A stretch of 63,930 bases of DNA, filler included, from Octopus bimaculoides (Eukaryota): the NCBI RefSeq assembly GCF_001194135.2. It is 5 parts of 5 records of this genome, joined end to end, with 100 filler letters (N's around TTAATTAATTAA, not from the genome) between each part and the next. Parts side by side here need not be neighbours in the genome. Positions count along the whole stretch, not along the records: positions 1 to 20,797 come from NC_069000.1; 4 more parts are not named here. One strand, given 5' to 3'. A model generated the notes under the pieces. That model saw only the letters and a program-made list of their open reading frames with translations, was not told the origin of the DNA and did no database searches. Both the position numbers and the translations under genes were made by a program. Positions 1 through 10,579 of the stretch are shown here, one piece after another. How positions within the stretch are numbered: position 1 is the stretch's first letter; every line of letters begins with the position of its first letter.

Positions 1-341
1 TTAGGATTAGGATTAGGGTTACGGTTTTAGGGTCAGAGTTGGGTTAGAGTTAACCTAGAAGGGACAGGCCCCTTATTTTTTGGTTAAGGCTGTTGGTAAG
101 TTTTCCTAAGTTACTCCAATCCAGATCCCCAATGCAAACCTTCAGATCAACCTTCTCCTATGCAGATCTCTAATGCAACATTAAAAAAAAGAGTCAATGA
201 GTGGAAATAACCAATAAACTGATTCCTTATCGGATTTCCCAATCAAATTGCCAGCAAACCATTTTCAGACAAACCAATAAAGCACTTGATCACTTAATAA
301 TCCTAGCTTAATCCTGGGCAGCGCCGGGCTATACTGCTAGT
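1..341 (+). mobile_element. Helitron-type non-autonomous element, 3' end
   Basis: GC hairpin CCTGG-gcagcg-CCGGG (313-328), then 8 nt, then CTAG (337-340) and a flanking T, which is the canonical Helitron 3' terminus. Degenerate TTAGG(G)-like repeats lie at 1-55. Confidence 0.55.
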
Positions 342-344
342 GGA

Positions 345-700
345 CATTAAATGATGATGATAACGATGTTTGATTGTCTGGCTGACAGGTGGTAAAGATC
401 CATATAGTGACTTGTTTGATATATGGTCAGCATAAGAGATGTTAAAAGCCTTGTGCAGAAGTTGGTGTATGTACTGTCTAGTGATAGTCATTGAGCCTGC
501 AACTACATGATAACACACACACATCCAGAATAAAGGCTGGCTTGAGATAAATTTTTCTGATATTGAATACATTAATATCTTCCAACACAAAGAAAACCTG
601 GGAAACATTCCAACCAAAAAACTTTCACCGAATGCAAGCCCAACAACCTTGATGTAATTGTTTGGGGAAAAAATAATCTTATATTCCACCATATAGAGTA
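345..700 (-). mobile_element. Degraded RTE-like LINE, C-terminal fragment
   Basis: Minus-strand translation YIHQLLHKAFNISYADHISNKSLYGSLPPVSQTIKHR resembles the post-RT region of RTE-like LINEs (ALNISW.DH..N..LYG.LP.VS.TI). Confidence 0.55.
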
Positions 701-1264
701 AATGATCATATCTTTTTTACATACATCAGCAAGTCAAATGGAGCTGTTTTCTGTTTACCAGGGGTTGTAAGTTCCAACAATCATTACCACATGAAGTCAA
801 GTTGTTACACAATATATAGTAAGTAAAGGACTGTTGACAAGGGAGTGTCGAGTAAGTTGATACAGTAGTTAAGACCATATTGCTAAGCTCATTACTACCA
901 TAACCTTTTTGATACCAACTTGCTCAAGACCACCTTTCAACCTAACATACTAACTCTGTTTTTAAAGTTAACTAAATTTAAATTTCATGCTTTTTCTAAG
1001 TATCACTTTAATGTTAAACCTATATCATTTTAAAGTAATTAGGAATTAAGGTAAGACAGAGTGTGTAAATAAAAACAAATTAATACAGAATCAGGCATGT
1101 AGGAGGATTAACAGACACTGTATACTAGAGGATACATGTTTATGCATATACTGGTTTTTAGAATAGGTAAACCATATTCCTGCATGTTGAAAATAGGCCT
1201 AAAAAGATTGGTATAGGAAGAGCATCTGTCCAACTCATGCCAGAAAGGAAAAACAGATGTGATG

Positions 1265-1800
1265 CTGATATATGTTGGAGAATGAATAGATTTGCCATGT
1301 ACTGGAGAATTAAATCCAACATGTTAGAGGATTAGTCGATATGTTAGAGGATTAGTAAATATGTTGGAAGGTCAGTACATGTGTTGGAGGGTTAGTAGAT
1401 CTGTTGGAGAGGTTAACAAACCTGCTAGGGGGGTAGTAGCTATGCTGGAGGTTTAGTAGGTATACTGGATGGTTATTAGATATAATAGAGGGTTAGTAGA
1501 TATGTTGGAGGGTTGATAGATATATGGGGTAATGTGGGGTGGGGGTAATACTGATATTGGATCAGTAGTTATGCTAGAGGGTTAATAGATAAGTTAGATG
1601 ATTAGTAGACATGTTGGAAAGTTAGTAAACATGTTGGAGGGTTAACAGATATGTTGAAGGTTAGTTGATGTGTTAGAGGATTAGTAGATATGTTGGAATG
1701 TTAGCAGATCTGTGTGGGTTATCAGATCTGTTGGAAGATTACCAGATTTGTAGGAGGGTTACCAAATATGTTGGAGAATTATTAAATATATGTTAAGGTT
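1265..1800. repeat. Degenerate ~19-20 bp minisatellite
   Basis: Many diverged copies of GATATGTTGGAGGGTTAGTA. Confidence 0.8.
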
Positions 1801-2674
1801 AGAGGATTGAAAAAGAATAGATGGAATCAAATTGGTAGAGCTGCTAAAGTTTTGCAGGACTTTTTTCCAGTTCAAATTCTGCTAAGGTCAACTTATTTTA
1901 ATCAATCCTATCAGAATTGATTAAAATAAAGTACAGGTCTGGGGTAGTGGATTTGTACAATTGTTAGAGTATCTTGGGAAACACCTTGTAGTATTTGTTT
2001 TGTCTCTTTGTGCTCTGAGTTCTTGAGTGGTAGACTTAAATCCATCACTCTATCTAACACCATCAGCTTCTCCTTGGATGCTTTTAGCACTCTGTCACAA
2101 ACATTCAGGCAAGATCTCTGATTTCAGAATAACTTACCTGCTCCAGCTAATCTGCCATCAAAATGTCTAATCCTTTGTTTCGGTATCATGGCTCATGTGC
2201 TTCAATGATCTTGGGAGTTATACCAGTGGAGTGAAAGCTCCTGGTAGGGCCTCCCTGGACAGATTAAACAAAAGAAACCAGACTAATATGGACCACCTCT
2301 TGCCAGAGGTAATAAATGGGTTTGCATAAAGTCAATACCTCTAACTAGAAAAAAGCAAAGTTACAGAAGCATCAATGACAATTCAAAACCAACACAACCT
2401 AGGAAAGGAAGGCATTCCTTCAAGGATACATGTGATGTGGTGCAGCAAAATCCAAAAGGAAGCTGCAAGGAAAAAGCAGGGATGCAACTGAAGACAATCT
2501 AAAGTCAAGAACAGTGAAGAAAAGTAGTTGATGGTCGATGCTCCATAGGGTGCAAAGGGCTTAATTCATATAAAACACTACCAACCAGTCTTGCAAGTCC
2601 TGAAAAAATAAAGGGTCACAAGCATTGTCTTTCCCTCTTGGAGTAAAAGATAAAAAAACTGACAAATGGCTTAC

Positions 2675-2757
2675 CTACGTTCTAGAATCTCTGGATCAGT
2701 AATCCTTGTGTTAGTCATATGGGTGTGGATTCCACTGCGACCATTCCAGCCTGGACC
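2675..2757 (-). CDS. OPLAH: 5-oxoprolinase exon (hydantoinase B region)
   Basis: tttag|GGT...CGTAG|gtaag; 83 nt encoding [27 protein letters not shown], matching the OPLAH motif [21 protein letters not shown]. In phase with the preceding exon. Confidence 0.95.
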
Positions 2758-3095
2758 CTAAACAATATAATCAATGTAATATGAACGAAGAATTTCATTA
2801 AGCAGCTTTTGTTGTTGGGCAGTTGAATGATTAAGCAGTTAGTTTAATGCTACTCTATGTTGCTTCACAAACAAACAGGGCAGTCAAGAGCTAATGAGGA
2901 AGCATCATAAGCTAACAAGGGAGCACTAGAAGATAACAAGAAACCTCTAAATGGTTGCTTGACCTGCTAGAAAAGCTTTGATTGCAGAGTCTATGTCTCC
3001 TCCATTCACACAAGCACACATTGGTGAAAAGCCAAATACACTTCATTTACATTATTTACATTTGACGGATATTTGTCCTCATCTTGTTTGTTGTT

Positions 3096-3142
3096 AACAC
3101 AACGTTTCGGCTGATATACCCTCCAGCCTTCGTCAGGTGTCT
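3096..3142 (-). ncRNA. Minimal type I hammerhead ribozyme motif
   Basis: Minus strand reads AGACAC-CUGACGA-A-GGCUG-gagggUaUaU-CAGCC-GAAA-CGUU-GUGUU: stem I GACAC/GUGUU, intact core, 5-bp stem II, palindromic AACGUU stem III. Confidence 0.7.
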
Positions 3143-3451
3143 TGGGGAAATTTCGAAGCTAGGTTCTCATTCCTAACGATGTTACTATTATTATATTATT
3201 ATTATTATCTTTATTATTAATCAGGTCGCTGCCGTGAATCGAACTCGGAATCTTGGGGTTAGTAGCCCACGCTCTTAACCACTACGCCATATGCCAGTGG
3301 TTAAGAGCGTAGTGGTTAAGAGTGTGGGCTACTAACCCCAAGATTCCGAGTTCGATTCACGGCAGCGACCTGATTAATAATAAAAATAATAATAATAATA
3401 TAATAATAGTAACATCGTTAGGAATGAGAACCCAGGTTCGAAATTTCCCCA

Positions 3452-3498
3452 AGACACCTGACGAAGAATGGAGGGTATATCAGCCGAAACGTTGTGTT
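3452..3498 (+). ncRNA. Minimal hammerhead motif with damaged stem II
   Basis: Same motif as 3096-3142, but the 5' arm of stem II reads GAATG instead of GGCTG. Confidence 0.5.
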
Positions 3499-5604
3499 AA
3501 CAACAAACAAGATGAGGACAAATATCCGTCAAATGTAAATAATGTAAATAATTCCTCATCTCTTAAATATAGAACTGTACACTTCGTTTATTCACTAATC
3601 CCGCCTTTATTCCAAGAACAAGCCACTCCAGAACTTTAGATTATGTATCTAAAGATATTGAGAACCTCTTAATAAAATTGGAAGCAATACTTCTAGAAAT
3701 GTTATGGTCATATATACCTACATATAATAATTAAATTTTTTGTGAAACTAATTCTTAATTTTTTGAAATTATACCTCAACTCCATTTTTTTTTTTTGAAG
3801 TTGCTAACAAACTGCCACTTAAAATTTTTACTTTTTTCTCTAGTCAAGAATAAAATAAAATTTTATGAGAATGAAGTTCAATACATCACCACTCCCTCCC
3901 TGAATTGCATAGTTATGTTCAATAATATCTAAAAACATTTTCCTTAAATGCTTGTTGCCAGTTAGCACTCAATCAAAGCCAATCAAGCATTCCAGTTGTG
4001 ATCATTCCATCTTCTTGTAAATTGATTTGATGACTACATTAGCCAATGGGTCCTTTCTCTTTTTTCTAGATGGTAGGGTGTGGTTTAAGGATGACTTGGT
4101 TACAATTTTTAGAGGCTCCTCACACAATATTGGCACTGCCTTCACTCCAGGTCAGCTCTGATGGATCAGATCTATGATCGAAGATGTTCCAGCCATAATT
4201 ATCCCAGATTTTTTCTTTTTCCAGACAGTGCATCTATGGCAACATTACCAAACATATTCTACTCCATTTAAAATGGTGTGGTTGAGGGAGATTTGGCTGC
4301 TATTTAGAGCAAGTTCAAAAGGTACATTTAGTTACACTCAATGTTTTAGTAAATGTTCATGACATAATTATCTATCTTTATCACTATTCATTTGTTACTA
4401 ACTTAATTACCAACAAATCTATAAAAACTACCATATATTTGATTGCCTGCCTGCTGGAATATTGGAAAAATTTATTCTGCTTGTCAGGGTTGATCATGTA
4501 TTTACATAAGAAAGACCCTCTTAAGAATGCAGGGTTGATCAAATTTTTTTTTTGTTTTTTTAAGGTAGACCAGCAGTAGCCCATGTAACAGTTTCTCACT
4601 CTCTATGCCACCAATATAATCAAAGTGAAAGGTAAAGGCCAGTACAGTTTGGCACCAGTATTGTCACATGTGAACACAGATCAAATACTGCAAAATATTT
4701 TGTCCATTTAACAATTCTACTAACACACTATCTGGAACAAGTGCATTATTTTACTGACCAAGGAAGATGAAAGGAAAAGTTATCTCAGTGGAATTTGAAC
4801 TCAGAAGTTGTAATGAATACTGCAAAGAATTTTGTCTAATAATTCTGCCGATGATAGTAGATATAGAAAAAATATAATATAATTTCTAGATAATTTCTTG
4901 TAACACATGCCGAGAAACATATCTATACAAGAAGCCTCAAGTCAACTGCAAGACAGTCTTGTATTTACAATCCTGTAACTTGAATTCACAAAAATAAGTA
5001 ATTAACATATGTGGTAACTATTCTTGCTTAAGAAATATGCAAGAGGATAAGTGACTGGAGAGAGTGGAAGAAAACAAGGAATAATAAAAGATTGGCAGGT
5101 GTGATGACATTTTCAATCACCAAGGAAAAAGAACTTATTCATCAAGTTTTTGCAATTAGTAAACCTACCTTTATTATCATTAACAATACTTCTATTTAAT
5201 TTACTCTTCTGTCCCACAAAACAGCATAAGTAATCAAGTATGAGGGTGCCTTTATGAGGTAACTCTATCAACAAAAAATGGCAGCCAAATATCTTTTAAA
5301 TTATACCTTACTATCTTAAAAAATATGAGAACATATTGGATAATGTAGTACTAGAGATACTATGTATGATTAAAAGAAAAAAGATTTACATGGTCACAGC
5401 TGGAATGTGTTGAAACCGAGCCGAGTAGAGGCTAAACAGCATAAATATAAAAAAAAATAGTTGGTCAAGCAAAATAATATTTTCCCATAACTGGATGTGT
5501 TTTCATGGAAAACTAGAAATGGAAAACCTCACTTGTATGATGATGATGATGCCCATTTACAACCATCATGTGATGTCTAGAAAAGGGTACACACACAAAC
5601 ATAT

Positions 5605-5760
5605 ATAATGAGTTTCTTTAAGTTTCAGTCCACCAAACTCACTCACAAGACTGGTTGGCTTAGGGCTATAATAAAATACTTGTGTCCAAGGTGTCACACA
5701 GAGGGACTGAACCTAAAATCATATGGTTGGGAAGCAAACTTCTTAACCACACAGCTATGT
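5605..5760 (-). mobile_element. tRNA-derived SINE (family A), degraded
   Basis: Reverse complement of the GCTGTGTGGTAAG...GGTTCAGTCCC...CTTGGGCAAGTGTCTT head seen at 19313 and 46344. Confidence 0.65.
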
Positions 5761-5860
5761 TTGTACCTAAAAAATGTTAAAAATATTAACAGAGCAGAAA
5801 AAGTGGAACAAAATGAGTAAAGAACAAGGCAAAACAATCTTGAGATTTTAAATTACTTAC

Positions 5861-5935
5861 AGCCCCAGCACCTCCAGCAATTGTTTCATAGTAACCAATG
5901 TCTTGGTCTCCAAACGTTATGTTGTTCATACAACC
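5861..5935 (-). CDS. OPLAH: 5-oxoprolinase exon
   Basis: ttcaag|GGT...GCT|gtaagt; 75 nt, phase 0-0, encoding [25 protein letters not shown]. Confidence 0.95.
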
Positions 5936-5975
5936 CTTGAAAGAATGAAAAAAATTTAATAAAAATATATGGATT

Positions 5976-7772
5976 GGCAACGAGTACAGTGAAAAATTCC
6001 GGGTACAGGTAGGGGTTCACCAAGGTTCAGTCCTCAGCCCCCTCCTATTTATCTTAGTCCTCCAGGCAATAACACAGGAATTCAAGACGGGATGCCCCTG
6101 GGAGCTCCTCTATGCTGATGACCTTGCCCTAATTGCTGACTCACTAACAGAACTAGATGAGAAGTTTCAGGTGTGGAAGCAAGGACTAGAATCGAAGAGC
6201 CTTAGAGTCAACCTAGCTAAAACCAAAGTCCTAATAAGTAGGAAGGTAGAAAAATCACAAACCCCTTCAGGTAGATGGCCCTGCTCGATCTGTAGAAAAG
6301 GCGTAGGTAGAAACTCTATAAGATGTACCCAGTGTAAGCTATGGACACATAAGAGGTGCAGCAATATCAAAGGAAGGCTAACTAGCAAGATAGTTTTTGT
6401 ATGTAGCAGATGCTCAGGAGCAATAAACACTGAAAATGTGCAGAAAACAACCTTTGCTACACTCCAGGGAGAAAAACTAGAAGTAGTTGATAGCTTCCGC
6501 TACCTAGGTGACCAAATTTGTAGCGGTGAAGGGTGCACTGAAAGTGTAACTGCTAGAATAAGAATAACCTGGGCAAAGTTTAGAGAGCTCTTACCTCTGC
6601 TGGTGACAAAGGGCCTCTCACTCAGAGTAAAAGGCAGACTGTATGACGCATGTGTACGAACAGCGATGCTACATGGCAGTGAAACATGGACCGTGACTGC
6701 TGAGGACATGCGTAAGCTCGCAAGAAATGAAGCCAGTATGCTTTGATGGATGTGTAATGTCAGTGTGCATACTCAACAGAGTGAAAGTACCTTGAGAGAA
6801 AAGTTAGACATAAGAAGCATCAGATGTGGTGTGCAGGAGAGAGGATTGCGCTGGTATGGACATGTGGCAAGAATGGATGAAGATAGCTGTGTGAAAAGTG
6901 CCACACCCTAGCAGTTGAGGGAACCTGTGGAAGAGGTTGAGCCAGGAAAACCTGGGATAAGGTGGTGAAGCATGACCTTTGAACTTTAGGCCTCACCGAG
7001 GCAATGACCAGTGATCGGGACCTTTGGAAATATGCAGTATGTGAGAAGACCCGGCAAGGCAAGTGAGAGCATAATCTGTGACTTCTGCCAGTTCACTTAT
7101 TCGTATCTTTACTTCACTGGATACTAAAAACTCTGCTTGCGAAGACCTGTTGAGGCAAGTGAATTTGCAATTTTGCAATTTGAAATTTGAAATCGAAATC
7201 GAAATCGAACCGAATCCGACAACTGGCACCCATGCCAACCTCTCCTTCATTGGATACTAAACTCTACTTGCGAAGACCTGTTGGGGCAAGTGAAATCGAA
7301 ATTGTAATTAAACCATACTCAATGACTGGCACCTGCGCCAGTGGAGCACTAACAGCAGTGTCCAAGCGTGTTCAATGCCAGAGCAGCTGTCTGGCTTCCG
7401 TGCTAGTGGCCCATAAATAGCACCATTTGAGTGGAATCGTTACCAGTGTTGCCTTCTAGCACTTGTGCTGGTAGCACGTTAGAAAATCATTCGAGCGAGG
7501 TCATTGCCAGTGCCGCTGGACTGGCTTAAAAACACCATTTTGAGCGTAGCCGTTGCCAGTACCGTGTGACTGGCCCTTGTGCCGGTGGCACGTGAAAGCA
7601 CCCACTTCACTCTCGGAGTGGTTAACGTTGGGAAGGGCATCCAGCTGTAGAAACTCTGCCAGATCAGATTGGAGCCTTGTGCAGCCTGCTGGCTTGCCAG
7701 TCCTCAGTCAAATCATCCAACCCATGCTAGCATGGAAAGCGGACATTAAACGAGGATGATGATGATGATGAA
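5976..7772 (+). mobile_element. 5'-truncated RTE-clade LINE with 3' UTR and (GAT)n tail
   Basis: RT motifs [13 protein letters not shown] and LLYADDL, a PHD-like insert, then MLHGSETW and RLRWYGHV. It has a premature TGA at 6744 and a later frameshift. Candidate TSD ATGGATT at 5969-5975 and 7773-7779. Confidence 0.9.
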
Positions 7773-8093
7773 ATGGATTCTGTCTTAAGTGGTATGTTAA
7801 GTCTTTTCATAACAAATGAAGCAAAGTTGTTTTGTTGTGTAACTGCATACAAACGTTTATAAACAGCACCAATATTTACAAGTGGAGAAACAATAGTATA
7901 CTGCAGTGTACAAACAGTACAAATACCAGTCATGCAGTAGATGACTGGCATGAAACAACAATGTAGCAATAACAGCATCTGACAGTGTAAAAACTGCAGT
8001 AGATGAGTGTAGAAACACACACATGGCAGCTACACTACACTATAAAGACAAGAACTACAAATTTAATACAATACATATAATGATTGCAGTTAC

Positions 8094-8243
8094 CTGAGAA
8101 GCAGCGCATATTTGAAAAGCTTTTAGGATGACATCTACAATTCTCTGGGAGGTGAGGACATTACCACCAACAACTGCAGCTGTTTCTGATGGGTCAAGAA
8201 TACTACCTTTGGGTATGATTGTCTTCACTGGTACCAGGCAGCC
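8094..8243 (-). CDS. OPLAH: 5-oxoprolinase exon
   Basis: ttacag|GGC...CAG|gtaac; 150 nt, phase 0-0, encoding [50 protein letters not shown]. Confidence 0.95.
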
Positions 8244-9389
8244 CTGTAATGGTATTAAACAATTTGTAAAATATCACATGGGTTATAAGATAACACATCA
8301 GTTATGATAGCTTATCACATTGATGAGCAGGCAAACCATCTATCTAGGTAAAGATAGAAAGACATATAGATAAGCAGACATCCTGAGAAACAGAAACTGA
8401 CAAACACATTATGAATAAAAACTAGTGAGAAAATTAGCATTATTATGCATTGGCAAAAATCACTTCTTGAATTCAGATAAGCTTGTAATAGAAATGGAAG
8501 TACTGATGACTGAGTAAGGTCATATGTTAGAAAACAGAACTATATACTCAGTGCTCCTATAAAGATTAAAAACATAATTTTCTATAATGAAGGGCTTTGC
8601 CTATAATGGTATATACAAACTTAACAGAATTTACAAACTGAGAGAAAGAGGGAGAGGGGTGAGAGAGAGAAATGGAAAGATTGAAAGTTAAACAGAGAGC
8701 TATATAGATAACTAGATGATTAGAATGACTGACAAATATTTTATTTGTAGTCTACAATGAGTGGATAGAAAACACACTTGGGCTTGATATATAAAATATG
8801 AAATATACATACATACATACATATGCACATCTAATATATAGGGATATATATAGAGAAACAAAAACTGAAAATATTCAGAAGATGAACATTTGTGTATAAG
8901 AATATAGATATTCATATATTTACAGAACAAATTTACATGGAGTACAAAAAATACAAAAAACTAAGAGGTGACGGCATGGTATTTTAGGTCTCACAGTTGT
9001 TTCTGGAATTACCTAATAGTTGTAATTACCTTGTAGTTGAAGTGTTGGGAGATGGAGTTTGCAAAAGGTCAATGATATGCAACCAGCGGTGAATGCATAT
9101 AAACATTATCTTAAAGCTGGCTCCTGTCTTCTGAGTGGAAAGTTGGGCATCTGTAAGCGTGTGTGTGTGTGTACATTTCGTTTTTGGATGTGGTTTGCAA
9201 GATTCTTTATGTGAGTTTGTGTGTTGAAACATATTTTATTGTGTCTGGGGAGAGTCATTCTCCTTTAGTGCCTTATTATTTAACACACACACACTGGTAA
9301 AGTTTCCACTCATTTACTTATTTATTTCTCTTAAAATTTTCATTGCGTCTTGCAACCTTTTCAATAATCGTTGACTCTGTCCATTATCT

Positions 9390-9846
9390 GAGCTGCGTTT
9401 TTGTTTGTTTGTGCACATGTGTGTGGGTCAGTGTTTGTGCGCATACACATGTATGTATGTATGCATGTGTGAATGTATGTGTGTGTGCATATGTATATAT
9501 GTATGTGTGTACATTTGTATGTATTCTGCATATTCATGTGTTTGTGTTTATATGTGTGTATGTGTTTGCATATGTGTGTATCTCTGTCTCTTTGTGTGTG
9601 CATGTCTGAGTGCGTGTGTGTGTGTATGGGTTTTGTAACTATGTACTGTGTCTGTATGTATGGAAGTGTATCTCCATATGTGTGGATGTGTGTCTCCTTA
9701 TGTGAAGTGAAGTGTGTGTGTATATGGTCATGTGTTTCAATCTTCATTTGCATATGTGTGTGCTTGTCTCTTCATATTACCTATGTACCTACCCATTTGT
9801 ATGTCTATCTTTTTACATTGATATCCATTTGCCTACAGACGTGTGT

Positions 9847-9881
<35 letters not shown>

Positions 9882-9885
9882 TACA
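9390..9885. repeat. Degenerate (TG)n/(CA)n microsatellite region
   Basis: Visible dinucleotide repeats, which generate the spurious CV/HT ORFs. Confidence 0.9.
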
Positions 9886-9989
9886 TACATCTACATAACA
9901 GCCAACTTAATATTCTACCTGTATATAAATATAAACTGTGGATATGGCTGTATGATTACTTTGTATCTATATTTACTATTTAGTACTGG

Positions 9990-10330
9990 GGATGTTTCAT
10001 TAATGAGGACATACTCTTGTATTTGTCTGAGGGTTGGGTCCTTTGGGTGCTTGGATAAAATGCAGATGTCAAGTTGACCCAGGCTGTCTTCATGTTGGTT
10101 CTTGGCATGTTATTAGAGTATGGAGGACTGATTTTTGTTGTCATATTGTCTCAAATGTTCATTTAGATTTTCTGCAATGCTCCTAGATGTCTCCCCATGT
10201 ATGTCATGCTCACATCTTTCTAGCACCCCTGTATACTCGAACCCTATCTTTCTGATCATATCCAGAGAATTGCATACAGTGCATGAAGTTCTGTACATGT
10301 TTTTTTCATTTCATAGGATTTGCATAGTGA
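9990..10330 (-). mobile_element. Penelope-like GIY-YIG endonuclease relic
   Basis: CTVC...IHGETSRSIAENLNEHLRQY resembles PLE YIGETSR....R..EH. Confidence 0.55.
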
Positions 10331-10339
10331 ATTGTCCTC

Positions 10340-10550
10340 CCTACGGACAAGTCAATAGACAGCCCACAGAACTATGTCCAGACCATGAGAGAAGTTGCAC
10401 CACAAGAACATGAAAGAGTGGAAAAACCCCTCAATGCACACATGGGACATACTCAAACCTAAGAAACGGACTGCACACAATTTCCAAGCATCCAACAATG
10501 ATGTTCCTACACTATATGGCTTACACAAAGACGATAAACCCCATATATTT
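10340..10550 (+). mobile_element. Penelope-like RT N-terminal relic
   Basis: PTLYGLHKDDKP resembles the PLE P.LYGLPK.HK motif. Confidence 0.45.
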
Positions 10551-10579
10551 CTTCCTTGTTGTTTGTCTCTGTTGTTGGA

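Larger units (their letters stand above)
3045..3579. mobile_element. Head-to-head inverted pair of a tRNA-headed SINE-like repeat with a Penelope-type tail
   Basis: Arms 3045-3287 and 3307-3549 are near-perfect reverse complements. Each has A-box TAGTGGTTAA and B-box GAGTTCGATTC motifs, an (AAT)n linker and a tail with CTGACGA...CGAAAC. Confidence 0.85.

Noticed and set aside
1-55. Telomere-like TTAGG(G) repeats
   Set aside because: Short and degenerate, and within a probable Helitron-type repeat; not a telomere.
3307-3365. Possible tRNA gene (also the heads at 19313, 40611, 45380, 46344, 52827, 59096)
   Set aside because: A/B boxes are present, but there is no complete cloverleaf or acceptor stem and each runs into SINE body sequence.
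9030-9150. Exon-like AG...GT segment on the minus strand in the OPLAH region
   Set aside because: The only open frame has no OPLAH similarity, and 121 nt ending in phase 2 does not fit the phase-0 downstream exon.
9343-9898. HT/CV/YI-rich ORFs here and at 20925-21413, 25001-25969, 32804-33185, 52920-54222
   Set aside because: Translations of microsatellites or of N gaps.
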